Shown in pieces: positions 22,900 through 36,549 of a stretch of DNA of 64,000 nucleotides (position 1 is the first letter of the stretch; each line of letters opens with the position of its first letter). The position numbers were made by a program, and so were the translations under genes. The notes under the pieces were generated by a model. It saw only the letters and a program-made list of their open reading frames with translations, did not search any database and had not been told where the DNA came from. Origin of the DNA: Veleropilina oligotropha (Eukaryota); assembly GCA_048128005.1 (NCBI GenBank), contig JBEUKZ010000078.1, positions 186,001-250,000 on the forward strand, given 5' to 3'.

Positions 22900-23900
22900 C
22901 GATCAACCAATAATAGCAAATTCTGGAAAACTAGGGAAAGATTATATGTTCTAAACTTTGCTACAGATCATTTATCATCTTGTGCTTCATGACTCATTGT
23001 TCAAGTTTGTGAACTTGTGAAAATCCAACCGATTGTCCCATCTGCATTCAATGGGTTTAGCACAGGATATTTTATAACTCAGAAGAATTTTCACAAGTTT
23101 TGTGCACTAGCTCATAACCAGATACATGACCAACTGAATTCGATGATGGTGTGATAGGGATGATGAAGATTCTTCATTAAGACGCCGGATAATAGCAGGT
23201 CCTGAGCTACCGCGCATTCTCGAAGAGTACCATGACGAAAATTCAACCCAAAAGAAAAGGTTACAAGGTCATTTGATAAATATGAAGAGATGACATGCAC
23301 CATTCTAAGCTAGCCAAAACTCGATATATTTGTCAAAGATCTCATCACAGGAACAAAAAACACCCATGACTTGATATAAAAGAATAACTTGGCATTGTTC
23401 AAATTTGGCTCATTGAAAGCAAAGGGTGGACTATCAGCGCCAAGAAAAATGATGTAGCCTTCCAGGTGTTTTCCAGAATGTATATGAATATCCAGTCAGG
23501 TGTGGGATGACATGCAAACCTTTGAATACGAAAACCATTCATTGAAACCGTTACTTGCTGAAAATGATGCAATGTGGCATGGAAACGTGGTTGACTAACT
23601 CCAATGTCAAGAAGCATATGCAGCACATCCTTCTGACAGACAAGTGGATGTAAGATGGTGCTTCTCTTGATAATGATAATGATAATACTGTATCGCAACA
23701 AAAAACAGCTTGAGGAAATAGACCGCATGACCTTTTATTATATTAGTTCCGACGTGAGCAGCAATATGTTGAAACTTTGTCGAAAGGCCAACCAAATCTC
23801 GCACTCCTGTAGCACACTAACATTGTACCGTTCAAGGACAATTCAGATCATGCCGTTGTCGTCCATCATATGCGGAAATTACCGTCTGTAAAACAGTTTA
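22900..23900 (-). pseudogene. Possible Academ-like transposase N-terminal relic
   Basis: Frameshifted MGQSVGFSQVHKLE resembles LGHSISYNQVRLIE of the relic at ~27750. Confidence 0.35.
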
Positions 23901-24229
23901 CTATGTGTGTATCCTGTACCACAGTAAGATACCGTTATGGCAGATACCATAAAATAAAAATGTGATGGTCATCTAGTCCGTGTTGTCGGTGGTACCACCA
24001 TTCCATCCAACTACCAGACCCTTCTTCTGTGGTCGCTAGCAATACGAGTCTGTTTAAATTCATATCTAGTACACTACAAACAAGTGCAATTCTTACGACA
24101 CGTAACTTCTCGCCATCTTTGAAGATGTACACGTGAAGTGACTGATGCAGAATAATGCTTTGTTCATCACACGCACACCAACAAAAGACTTCCAGGAATT
24201 AAGATTCATGAAATAGAAATTGGAAAAGT

Positions 24230-25230
24230 TTGAATATATGTCTACTCTCGCGGAAAAGCTGAACACTTGGGTGCTAAGAAATCGTCGGGCCTTCTATACG
24301 ATCACGCTATTTCTGTTTGCGATACAGTAGCCATATCATCATTATGTGGCATTGGCAGAAATGCTGTCCAGCATAGAAATGAATATGTTATCTAACACCA
24401 GTATTCACCCAAGTGTCACATACCCTTGACGCAATATCGGACCAAGACATAGAAGAACGAGATAAAGATGGCATCTGGACATAGGACAAAGTTTCGATAG
24501 ATATCTACTCACGGCATAGCTGCTCACTTGGGTGCTAAGAAATCTCCTGGCCTTCTATTCCATCACGCTGTTTCTTGTTGCGATACAGTTCATCATTCTG
24601 TGGCATTGATAAAATGACTGCGTGGGAAGCAAGGAAATCAATGCATCATCAAACACCAGTGTTCACCGGGCTGTTACATGTTCCAGACACAATATCGGAT
24701 GAAGACATAGAAGTATTAGATATGTATAGGTTACTAACCGAGTTGGAGGTATTCATCGATTTGAAAGACCTGCGCCCGTGCGGATCGTGACACCGAGACC
24801 GCGAAGCGGTCGGTGTTACCGCACGGAAGCAGGTCTTTCAAATCGATGAATACCGACTAACGAGGTTTGTAACCGACTTACACAACGGCCAATTAGCTCA
24901 TTTGTTGTCAATTTCTCTTGTGATCAGCTTCAGCCGTCTTGCACGGACGCAGGTCGGTATAGGGTGAAAAGTAGGGCGGTATAGCCATACCACCCTACTT
25001 TTTGATCGTCATTGAAAACAAGGTGTTCACGCTGAATACCAACCTCTTCAAAACAAAAGAGCCGTTGTGTAAAATTATTTGTTGTCAACTTGTGCAGCCG
25101 GGTACCACCTCTCAGTCTGAAAAGCCAGTGAAAGACGAACGTCTGTTAAACATGGAACCGCCAACGGAGAAAATTTCTCCAAATAATGTACGTCTTCAAC
25201 CCACAGCTGTGCGGTTGCGCTGGTCAGTGT
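24230..25230 (+). pseudogene. Academ-like XPG/PIN nuclease domain relic, partly duplicated and interrupted by hairpin element D
   Basis: LGAKKSPGLLFHHAVSCCDTV.SFCGIDKMTAW (HA.SGCDT..F.G.GK..AW-type motif) present twice (~24265 and ~24530). Confidence 0.55.
24721..25072 (+). mobile_element. GA-mismatch hairpin element (copy D)
   Basis: Palindrome 24729-24874 with GACCGC-GAA-GCGGTC cap; IR TTACACAACGGC 24878-24889 pairs with 25061-25072. Confidence 0.8.
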
Positions 25231-25439
25231 GAACAAGTTTTGGATGATTAGACTTGCATAATGAAGTGTTCACTCAAATTACGAGACACCGTTGCAGTAT
25301 TGATGCATAAACAAAACAATTCATCAACAATCATATCTATAACATTGCGACTATCTTTTCCATTTGTCCACTATTTGACTGCCACCAAGAGCAGGTTTTG
25401 GTGTGGTTTGGATAGATGCCTTATTGCTCGCTTTTATCA

Positions 25440-26252
25440 ACCCGCTATTCTCCAGTTGAACCAATTCATGGAATTCCTATTGGAGACAGTTTGGAAAAAA
25501 ATTCAGATTCAGCAAAACACCTGGGTGTTATTTTAGACAAACATCTTAACATGGAATCTCACGTAAACAGCACCTGCCGAAATGCTTCGCTTTCAATCCG
25601 AAATATTGGAAAAATCCGGAATTATTTAGACAAACATTCCACAGAACTACTCATTCATGCATTTGTCAGTTCTATGATTGACACTTGCAACTCGCTTCTC
25701 TTTGGCATCAACCAGAACGTCCTCTCAAAACTACAGCGTATCCAAAATACGGCTGCACGTATTGTCACAAAATCAAGACGACACGAACATATATCCCCAG
25801 TTCTCAAAAATCTTCATTGGCTACCTATTGCAAAGAGAATTGATTTCAAAATTCTGCTCCTGCCGTATAAGACACTCCACGGCCTTGCTCCCAGCTACTT
25901 AGCAGATCTTCTTGTTCCATATCAACCAACTCGAACTCTTCGGTCATCCTCAAACAATCAACCGGTCCCCCCACGTGTCAAGACAGCAACATATGTACGG
26001 ACGTCGTGCTTTCTCTGCCGCTGCACCAAAACTTTGGAACGACCTGTTATTGAGTGTCAAAGATGCTACTTCATTGAACTCATTTAATTGAAAGCTTTAA
26101 CCTCATCAGTTCCTTTCATAGTGTTTCATTAACCAGCTGTGTTATTTGTATTACATTGTATAGATGCAGTTTAGCATCATTACCATTGTTAAGCGTATTG
26201 AGACGCTATGTATATAATGCGCTATATAAGAAGCAATCTTTATTATTATTAT
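25440..26252 (+). mobile_element. L2/CR1-group LINE 3' fragment
   Basis: AKHLGVILDKHL...LQRIQNTAARIV...HISPVLKNLHWLP RT C-terminal motifs; frameshift near end; GCGCTATATAAG then (TTA)n tail. Confidence 0.85.
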
Positions 26253-26949
26253 GAATTTTGGTGGTCGTTTTAAATTTTGGCAGCCATTTGGAATAAGATA
26301 CGTGTAAAAGACTAGTGTACATATGTTGCGTAAGTGATGTAAGTGACTGATAATAATATGTCAATGGTTATGCAATAAAATAGAAAGAAAAAGTATAAGA
26401 TGATAACAGTTGAATAAGGCAGCAAATTATTTCGACGCCTGTATATAGGTATATCTTATTTATGCAGTAAAATAAAACTCCAACATGTATTTTGTTTGGA
26501 CGAATTTTATATTACTGCGTATAACCCCAAAACGATTGGATCGATGCTTAATATGCTTTCTATTTACAACATCCAAGTTCAAACCAGGGCATGTCCATAT
26601 TATCGCAGGAGAAAACCCGGTCGTCCTGGGAACCCCCCCCCCTCGGGGTAGTTACAGACATCTGTGATTGATAACCCTTGTCGCCCGGGGAAACTAACTC
26701 TCTCTAATGATCAAGCTGAACGTATGCCAGGAAAAATAAGGACAATCTGAGGAGATTGCAAACCCTCGCCCCGGTGCCAAGAAACAGGATGGTGAAAGAC
26801 AGAATTACCTAAGACCACTAGTGTTCTCGCTACATCAGTAAAACCGTATATATCGTCTTAAAATTCGTATTCTAATTCCGACCCGGATCATATTCCAAGA
26901 GGATAGCAACACGGCCACAAAATAAATTACAAAATAAACAAGAAAGTCT

Positions 26950-28427
26950 GTGGGGACTTTATTCTAAACAATGTCCATTCAACAAGTCTGGCATATAATC
27001 TTCAAGGAACAGACGGTGCAGCGCTTCACTGAAGCTTTTGTGAATTGCCCATGATCTATTATAATGTTTTCTAAGGTGAATGATGACGTTGTCAAAGTCC
27101 TTCGCATTGTTCCATATGACATGATAGAATTTGGCAGCACCCCCTACATCAGTAGTTACGTGAGCGTATCGCATATTGGCCTGAGCTGCCATCAGCCGAG
27201 ATTGTTTAATACATTCCAGTGCAGTTGGATATGCTCCGTGATGGGACTGATGATTGGTGGCAGAAATGTAATCAATGTTGATTGAGACGATGGATCTTCA
27301 TGCTGCTGAATAACCCAACCAACAAAACGGGGTACTGACTGTGTTGTCAGGCTGTAATGTTGTCGCAGTAGTTTCCATGTGGATATCTCACATGCTTATT
27401 TCATCCTGATCCCCATCAAAGAGAGTGCTGTCTGTAGAAAATCCGGATAGGTTCTTGTGTGGATTTATCTTTCTCTGAGCAAGCACAGCTAGAGTTCCTT
27501 CCATGGTTCGTCGCCGTGATGGTTGAATTTCTGGTGTTGGTCGCAACACTGATTATGTGTCCCTCTCTTGGAATCCGATTCCATGTGTAGTATGAATACT
27601 TCCTGCAGCATTTTCCTACTTACAGTCAAAATTATCCCACCAAAAGAACGTTTGAACAGTCGCTCGCAGAAGATGGAATTAGAGGTAGACAATATCCCCT
27701 GTCTGCCATCTGTTAGGCTAGTTCTGCTTGTGTCGTTTCAATCAGACGAACTTGATTATAACTTATTGAATGTCCCAATTGTCCAAGAACAGAGACTACA
27801 GCTTTCTGTGCAGTCATGTTGTGTAGTCCAATTCCTAGGAATCGTGAGACTTGACGACTCTGACATTGAAACTGTCTTTAAGGCTATTTTACCAGTTTGA
27901 AATTGTTTGTAATTTAAAATAAGTTAATATTTTTGAAAAAGTTCTGGGAGAAAGGAGGTGCCCCTGGGAGACCCCACAAGGGCACATGGGTGGGAAAATG
28001 GGCAGGGTACCCGTTCCTTTATTTTAGCTTAGATGAAACATTGATCACAATTTGCAGCAACATAGACCAGTTTTTAGGCATTTTATCTGTTTTTTCACCA
28101 GTTGTTATTTGTTGACCTTTGAACTTTGAGTTAAGGTCAGCCCTAAAGTGATTTGATTTGCTGTTTTAATAAAGGTTAGACACTTGAACGTATAAAAGAG
28201 CCATTAAAGCACATTTTTTTATCTTTCAGAATCAGTTTTATGGTAAAAGCTTACAATTGGCTAAATTCGACCCCGGTTGACCTTTGACCCGCAATGTCTC
28301 GGAAACGCCCCCGAACCTGGCTGATCATCTTTCAGATTCATAATCAACACAAAAAACTGGTCTAGAAAAGCTACATGAAATTTTGTCCCTCTTCCGGTGG
28401 TGATTTCCCCTTCCTACCACCGGACTA
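26950..28427 (-). mobile_element. Academ-like DNA transposon relic (internally deleted)
   Basis: Minus-strand GIGLHNMT...LGHSISYNQV, FFWWDNFD...GSIHTTHGIGFQE and FDNVIIHL...KHYNRSWAIH; TAGTCCGGTGG-type terminus at 28427. Confidence 0.55.
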
Positions 28428-28630
28428 TTATCATTTATATTCATGATCTTATGATTTATCTTCTCGATTTTGTTATTTATGTGGTCGATCATGTGATTTA
28501 TATGGTCGATATGTTTTAGCCAATGAAAAAGTCGTTACAAAGAATAAGCGACTACGTCAGATTTCCCACGATGTAAATTATCTTGAACAAACATCACAAG
28601 ATCGACCACATAAATAACAAAATCGATAAT

Positions 28631-28953
28631 TTAAATGATAAGATCATGAATATAAATGATAAGATCATGAATATAAATGATAAGATCATGAATATAACTG
28701 ATAAAATCATGAATATAAATGATAAGATCATGAATATAAATGATAAGATCATGAATATAAATGATAAGATCATGAATATAAATGATAAGATCATGAATAT
28801 AAATGATAAATCATGAATATAAATGATAAAATCTTGAATATAAATGATAAAACCTCAATATAAATGATAAGATCATGAATATACATGATACGATCATGAA
28901 TATAAATGATAAAATCATGAATATAAATTATAAAATCATGAATATAAATGATA
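28631..28953. repeat. 21-bp minisatellite (AAATGATAAGATCATGAATAT, ~15 copies)
   Basis: Directly visible tandem array; inverted single copy at ~28428-28450. Confidence 0.95.
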
Positions 28954-30398
28954 ATACCCTCGCCTCTCCTACGGAGGCGACAGTAACAAATAATGTCATG
29001 TCCCAACCGAGATTCGAACTCACTGCTGTTCGTGTCATTGAGAGCAAGCCAGTAACTTTCGGAATCTGCAACCGAAGCCACACGACTGTCGGCGCGGCCG
29101 GCTGCTGGAAGAATCACGTGACCATGATGATAACTCTCAGTAGAGAAAGTCTCATGCAATACGCGTGCGGCATCCGAATTAATCGCTCCATGGTCCGTTT
29201 CTGACCGCATTTGTAGTCGAGTGCATAAGAGCATGTGCACTCAATGCTCTTGTTTGACTGCTCTAACTAGAGTGGGTTTGAATCGGTTAGGCGAATTTTC
29301 CCAGGCTTTTCTCTAGTCATAACTAATATGGACACCGCCTGATAAGAACCTGAAGGCTGTTTAAGAAATTGTAAGCATCGAACCAAATTGTGGGTCATAT
29401 CAGTAATAACATACCTCTATATATATATGATTTCTGTTATTGATAAATCTTCTTCGTTACATGACGTGAACACGGATTTACAATTGATTTATGCTACCAG
29501 TATAATTGCAATCTTTTATTTTTTGTTGTTTATGACAAAGACGATAACAACATTATTGCCAAAAGGAATACTCTTTGATTCGATAAAAAGTTGTTTGGTG
29601 TATTTGTACTGGCGAGCGATGTGTTTTAATGAACGAACCAACGCGTCATATGTACATTATACACTGGTCTACAGAACGGCATAAATGCCTTTGAGAGTTG
29701 ACAGTAATCCTGTGTCTATAATAAACAGCGATATTCAAGACGTGGGGGCTAAACTGTATTTAAATGCCGTAAAAATTTCCAAATTTTCCCTATTTTCTGA
29801 ACCAGTGAACAACATAATTGCTGACATAATGGATAACGGTTTTCGCGTATAGGCCTTGGAGCAAAGATAAATTTACTTTTATTCAAGCTTTATATGCCCC
29901 TTTTACAATTTATACAGTTTCAATGCTATATACTAAAGATCTAAGCTTCGAATGGCCCAGAAAATACAAGTACTACTTTGGAGCAATTTAACTATACAAT
30001 ATACATCTATTTGTACGTAAAGGTCATAAACTGACAATTTATGACGGGTATATATAATGTGGCGTCTCAGGTTACTCGCCTACTTTCCATTTTATCCCCA
30101 CATCGAATGTTTGACAGTAATATATAAACACTACAAGATTAATAATCGAAGGGATCTATTTGTGTGAAGTACCCTTACGCATTGTTGTCAATGGATTTTT
30201 GCGTTCCTAATAAATTCAGGATACACATCGCCATTATAAAACTGACTTTGACGGATCGCATTCAGCAGTGAACCCTGATTTAAGTTTTTTATGGAGGAAA
30301 TTCTTTATCGCGTAATGTACAAGCACTTCGTAACTTCGCTGTTAGCAGACATGAGAATAAACAGCGAAGGTTGAAAATCGTATCACAGAAGAGATACC

Positions 30399-31283
30399 AT
30401 GATGTCAAGATCGAAGACGTTCGCCATACGGGAATGCATCGAGGAACGTCACACCCCGTATCGGTGCCAGCTCAATCCTGTGAAGTCAAACTTCTCTCTC
30501 GATGGTTCTGATGTTCGTTCATCGTTTATCTACCCAGGTGTTGTGAACAGCCACTACAACGATCTTACCAGTGAAATATTGCCGTTAATGTTGCTGCCAA
30601 AAGTTCAGCCTCGCACCGATTCCAGTCAAATACCCAGACGTCCAAATATCGTTGAACAATGCACCGATAGAAGACGGTTTGCCAACATCGCATCGTCTAG
30701 CAACGATTTGACGGTAACCTCCTTGTCCCGAACGCCTCCGACGGTGAAGCGGAGCCAAAGTCGCGATAGCGGGATTAGTTCTTTGAAAATGTTCTCGCTA
30801 ATAAACAGCACGTACAGCCGGTCCACGCTGAACGAATCGTCCCACAACTGTTCAGCGACAGACGACGGTCATCCGATGTCTCCTTACTCCAACGTCGGCG
30901 AACATATAGCGGTGTCTGTCAGCATAAACCGGTTAAATACGTTTTCAGATTCACATGGAGATGACGCCATTGATAGGAATCTTCTGGAAGAGCTCGCGAG
31001 TGTCGCGAAACGAACCAAAGATGAACATTCTCTAGAAATGCGAATAAAATCACCAGAGTTTTTGGATTCCTATGCCGACGAGAGACCGACAGTCAGGTTG
31101 CATAAGAGACGGGATTCTCAGTCTGAAAACAGTGTACCACAAAACGTCCGGCGACGAGGAAGAAATGGTCGAGAAAGGCGCAAAGTGTCGTCTGCAAAAA
31201 CATGTATATTGTGCAATAACTTAACGAAGCATTTCGGAGGGGTACATAAGTTCATTAACTGGCTTTTATCTCGTTGGGGAAAG
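30399..31283 (+). CDS. Uncharacterised Ser/Arg-rich protein, large coding exon (gene 2)
   Basis: 885-nt open frame richer in GC/CpG than its flanks, ending at a strong AAG/gtaagt donor (phase 0); no domain recognised. Confidence 0.7.
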
Positions 31284-34200
31284 GTAAGTTGCAATAAAAT
31301 TGTCTCAAAGATTATAAAACCACGGGTACAGTGCTGTTGATTGGGCTAAATATGTTTTCAAAATAATGTTTATTGAACTATCATCTTTTTGATGCTGACA
31401 GTAACTCCGACACCGAATAGGACGAACGTGATTGACATCGTGCAAATAAATTCTGGCTCGATGAGGTGATTCTGAAGACTCTGACGCCAGGTTCTATATT
31501 TCTACTGTTTCATCAGTCGCAAAGTCTACACTAGGCCTACTACATACTTGTCTCTATAGGCTGCTTTCATGATAGTTACATTGGTGTCCGGGTCAGTTTT
31601 GGCGCGAAAAGTAATAAAAACGCACATGTTTTATTTGCATTGACTTATAAATTAACTAATAGCGAATAAAAGTGTAATGGAAAATTAATAATAAAATCTT
31701 GATAATTCTTACAGATGTTTTAGCTAGTCCAATATTGGTGTTGTTCAAGAAATCTTATTCCAGATATTTCCATCCAAGACCTTGGGACAATGTTTGTCAT
31801 CATAGATTAATCCATAGCGTGGATGAAGTTAAAATTTGCAGTGACCGAATACAATGATGTAAACTGTACCTTGATAGATTAAACGTATTTTATTGCAACT
31901 ACAAATGCAGAAATGTATACAAAGTAGATAAAATAAGTTATTACAGATGATAATATATTGCTGTAGTATAATTAGTAACAGTATGGCGAATTGAAAACAG
32001 GAAAGCTATAGGGATCACCTCGCTGTACCTTGATAAACGTTAACAACGTGAGATACTAAATAGTAAAGATTCACTTGAAACATATGTATGATGAGAGGTC
32101 TGCCACATGGATCAGCTTTAGGACCCTTAATATTTCGTGAAGTCAAAAATGGCTTTATGGCTAATAAATATGACTGTTAGGTATCAATAATTAAGATAAC
32201 AAGCATTTTCAGTAATGTCATATTAATGTAAACGTTTATCGTCTTAAGAATATTAATCGATTATTCGGCGACGAATATTTGCTTCTCGTATATGCGAAGC
32301 CTTTGATGTTATTATGGGCCATGCATATATCAAGAATAGACTTCATTAAGTATTCAGAAGGCAAACGGTGACTTGTATACCATGGATGCGATCAATATAT
32401 ACTTCAAACAAAATCGGCAGCAAAATAAACGCATGCTTTGTCCCGTCTACGCTTATTTTGTATTTCCTTTCAAAGATGAACAGAGCGTAAGGAAATTATT
32501 TAGGAGTTTTGAAGGATTATATCGTTCATATTGTTAAAGTACACGTAAATGATTGAAGCATCGCTATTGGATTCTAAAAGCGCATCATGTTTACCAGTAT
32601 GCAACAACACCAGCGATTTGAGTATAGGGTTTACTAGTGATTTGGATTGGATCGATAAGTAATGTCCTGTTTGAACAACCTTCGGGAAAGTCCGGTCGCC
32701 ATGAATAACGCGACCTCTCCGACCTGTTGTGGACAAATTTAACTGGTATATTAACAAAGAATGCCAGTACCACAACCGAAGTTCGAGCAGAGCAGTCAAG
32801 CGAGTGAATTCAGACATCGCTCTCTTGTCCACTCTGATACTGAAGCGATCACGGATTATCCTTGAATTATTGTGTGATCATTATGAGAAGTTCGAAAACA
32901 ATCAAATTCGCATAACTCCATCATCGCTTGTTTATTTTCATTATTTCACATTCCATAATTATATACTTAATTTTCAACCATCACAATAAACACAGTGTAC
33001 TCTCATAGACCCAGCTCAGATCATATCGGAATCAGCTTGCATTGCGAATCGTTGTTCATCGCGGTTAAAACCTCGCATCGATAACTTTCACATCCGAAAG
33101 TTTGGAAACCGATATGCGTTGCAAATCGAGCGTCAAAGATAGGTTTTTTGTGCCTATCTTTTTCGCATTACAAAGGAAAGCACAGGAATGATCCATTATT
33201 GACATGATAATATTATGTTGTTGAAATTATAATGTGGTCGACAGATTTTCGAGATTATCAGGTTATTTTGTAGTTCGTTTTTGTTTGGATATAAATAACG
33301 GAATACATCAGTTTCGTATTTCGCGTTTGCCATCATAATTTCGAACTTGGAATAGACGAATTCAATATTCGCAAGACTGACACAATTGGAGACCTTGATT
33401 CGTGTATATGTAATTTCTGTGTCAGTCAATGATAAGCCTGTGAGAGTCGATGATATTCTTCATATAAATATGAGACAATGTTTTTGTGCTTGTGCGTTAT
33501 TCAAGGCATATTTTTGCAATACACATGCCTTCATTTCTTTGAGTTGGCAGCATAAGAACACACGGTGGAGAGATACATAAAAGGATAAACAAAAGGGTAA
33601 CAGATCAAGAGTAAAATGTGCCCCAGTTGTTGATTATGGTGATCTTGACCTCATTTTCTATATCACATGATAGACTTGCAATGTTCTCCTCGTCAGTGCG
33701 ATATCTCAAGACATAATTATTGACAGATGTCATTTACATTTGGTGGAAATGTATCCTGTGGAATACCACAGATAAGACTCTAGATGACTACGAAAACCTT
33801 GACCTATTATTGAAGGTCAAATTATTCCCTGGACAATTTCGTTTGCAAGCCTACACTTTTTTCTTAGTGAAATATGTCAAGACTTAAATAACAGATTTCA
33901 TTTATATTTGGTGGTTAGACGCCTTCCTTTGGGACGTTCACGTACCTAGTTGACAGGGTGGGGGACTGTAACCACATTAATGTCAAATAATTGTTTTGCA
34001 AGGATTTCTTATTTTTTTCAAAAATATTATATCGTTGTTAACATAATTCAATTTAACAAATACTATTCTGGTGCACATGAAAGGATTTCTGCCATATAGA
34101 TTGGGAAATTCACCAGGCGTCTAATCTCGTGCACAAAGCAATTAGATTGAGATATAAATATTTTATCACGCATGCATCTCTTTTAAATATCAGCGGTTCA

Positions 34201-34775
34201 TGTTTTGTGTCTTCAATGGAGATCTACTAATTCCTCAATTTGTCTTGTCATTCCGCACTTTCTAAATATTTAATAATGATGAACTGTTTCTTGACGACAG
34301 TACCAACAAATAATTTGTTATTACGAGACCTTTAAACATCCTTATGAATAAGGATATCGCTTTAAATGACGCATTCATCATTCTGTTGCTAGTTTCTTAT
34401 TGGCTATTGCCCATCTGAAACGTCATTTTATGATTAATGGCCTTGGCTACCAGTCGGCTACTGAACCAGGCGATTAAATCGAAGAGTAAAATGAAAGGAT
34501 CGATGCTTAATATCCTGTATATGTTTCCAACCATTAAGTTCAAAGCAGGACATGTCCGTATTATCGAGGCTGGAAAGTCCGATCGCCCGTGAAAACACGC
34601 CCACTCCGACCAGTTTGTAATGCGGACAATTGTGATTCATAACTTGAATAAAATAATGCGATTTCAGATTCGGCACTCGAGACCACGCGACTACCGGGGC
34701 AGCCCGTGAAGCTCAGAATACTGTCAGGTAGCACAGTTGCACAAGATTAAAAAGTATATAATTTTTCATTTTTAG

Positions 34776-34850
34776 GTGTTCGGTACGGTGCCTGCTCCGT
34801 CTAAAATGGGCGTGTCAGAATCCTCGTTGGGGAGATCTTTGTTCAGTTAA
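34776..34850 (+). CDS. Gene 2 terminal coding exon (VFGTVPAPSKMGVSESSLGRSLFS*)
   Basis: Strong tttttcatttttag acceptor, phase 0 matches 31283; AATAAA near 35760. Confidence 0.55.
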   Translation: MFGTVPAPSKMGVSESSLGRSLFS

Positions 34851-34880
34851 CAGTCACACACAGTTGTCCGTAATTAGTCT

Positions 34881-34979
34881 GCCAGTGTGGGCTTCATCAC
34901 GGACGGCGTGTCCTCGTACTGCCAGTGTGGGCTTCATCACGGACGGCATGTCCTCGTACTGCCAGTGTGGGCTTCATCA
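34881..34979. repeat. 40-bp tandem repeat (~2.5 copies) in the putative 3' UTR of gene 2
   Basis: GCCAGTGTGGGCTTCATCACGGACGGC(G/A)TGTCCTCGTACT repeated. Confidence 0.9.
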
Positions 34980-35117
34980 GGGAGGTCCTCGTACGAACCC
35001 GAAGGTCTTTAAAAAAAGTTCATCGATTAAATTCAAAGAAAACAGATATAATTCATAACATCGACAAATCTTTTTGTTTTCATAGACATAACCAAGTCGT
35101 CTTCGAATAGGCACATC

Positions 35118-35425
35118 GGCGCTCTTTCGGTACTTCCCCACAGCTCCGGCTTTTACTCAACTTTGGAAATCCGGTTTTTCATATCCGATAAAAGGACGAG
35201 TTTGGACGCGTCGTTAATGTTAAATCCATGGGGACTAGCAACAGGTGAACCTCGGTCAGTCCAGGCTCACGGGGCGGTCCGGTGTATATACGTTTGTAAA
35301 GCCAATACAACTACGTACCCATCACGTGTATCTTATCATAGGCCGTGAATTTAAGACAAATTAAAGCCGGAGCTCCTTAAATATGATAAAAGCCGGAGCT
35401 GTGGGGGAACTACCGAAAGAGCACC
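35118..35425. mobile_element. MITE with ~40-bp TIRs and 8-bp TSD (Merlin-like)
   Basis: GGCACATC at 35110-35117 and 35426-35433; TIRs begin with GG. Confidence 0.8.
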
Positions 35426-36549
35426 GGCACATCTGAACGCATTTTATAATAATATAGTAATTTCAGAATATCCCTCAGTTTCAGTGTAGGCCTATTTCCA
35501 ATACAGCAAATGAAGATCGTTTATCTATTTATAACAAATAATATCATTAGCAACCTATATGTGTACATGTCTGTGTGTTATTATCATAAGTTTGTTTATA
35601 TTCTTAATTAGCTTTTGAGTCGAGTTTGGTTATGATAATTACGCAATATAAAGTAAATGGGCGTCGCTTCGCTCGCTTGTATTTTTGTTCAGAGGACGTA
35701 TACATTACATTTTGCTGATTACTAGCGGACACTGTATATGTATTCTGTAACTTGCTACCAATAAAGTAATTGTATGGTAAACAAATGACTCATGGGGGTA
35801 TTCATACCGCCAAAGCGAGCACACAATTCAACGGTGTAATTGACCTGTATATCACGTGATATTGTTTATTAATCCGATAATGATATAATCCAGTTGCTAT
35901 GGTTGGCACAAAGCAGGGTGAGACTCGTAAAAAATGGGGGACCCCACAATACAGGTTATCGTACATACTCATCGTGTATGTAGGACACGTTGATATTGTC
36001 GATTGGGTTGTCTCGCCGTTGTAATGTAGATAACACATATATAATTGTGTATACGTACGCTATTTATACACCGACAGCATGGATTTACTTCGGTGAAATG
36101 GACTCGAAAACGGAACGCACGCGGTCCAGATACACATGCTTTTAGATCTACGATGCCAATATTTAAGGACAAGGAATATGTCGATTTCATTGGAATTAAA
36201 CTGTTGGACAGGAGAGAACGATTAACAAGTGCGTGTTTATTTCAAGTCGCTATACAGATCGATCTATTGAATGAACTTTACCTCACCCGAAATTTCAATG
36301 ATTGACGTCAAGATTGTGTCTTTATATCGAAATAATTTGAATGTTTTGACACTTCGATGGAATGCGTGTTCAAATAGGTTTCTCGCAACAGTGGCAGTGC
36401 CGTTTTGTATCGTATAGAGAAACGAATCTACTATAGTAAAAGACACTGCCGTGGAGCAATATATGTATTGTATTTCTGGTGAAGTTTATAGCTCATCTTT
36501 ATCCAATACTTATGTTCGTGTATAGGGTGTAACAAACACCGCTTTCATA

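Noticed and set aside
28583..29204. Coiled-coil-like ORFs (MNINDKI repeats)
   Set aside because: Translation artefact of a stop-free 21-bp minisatellite
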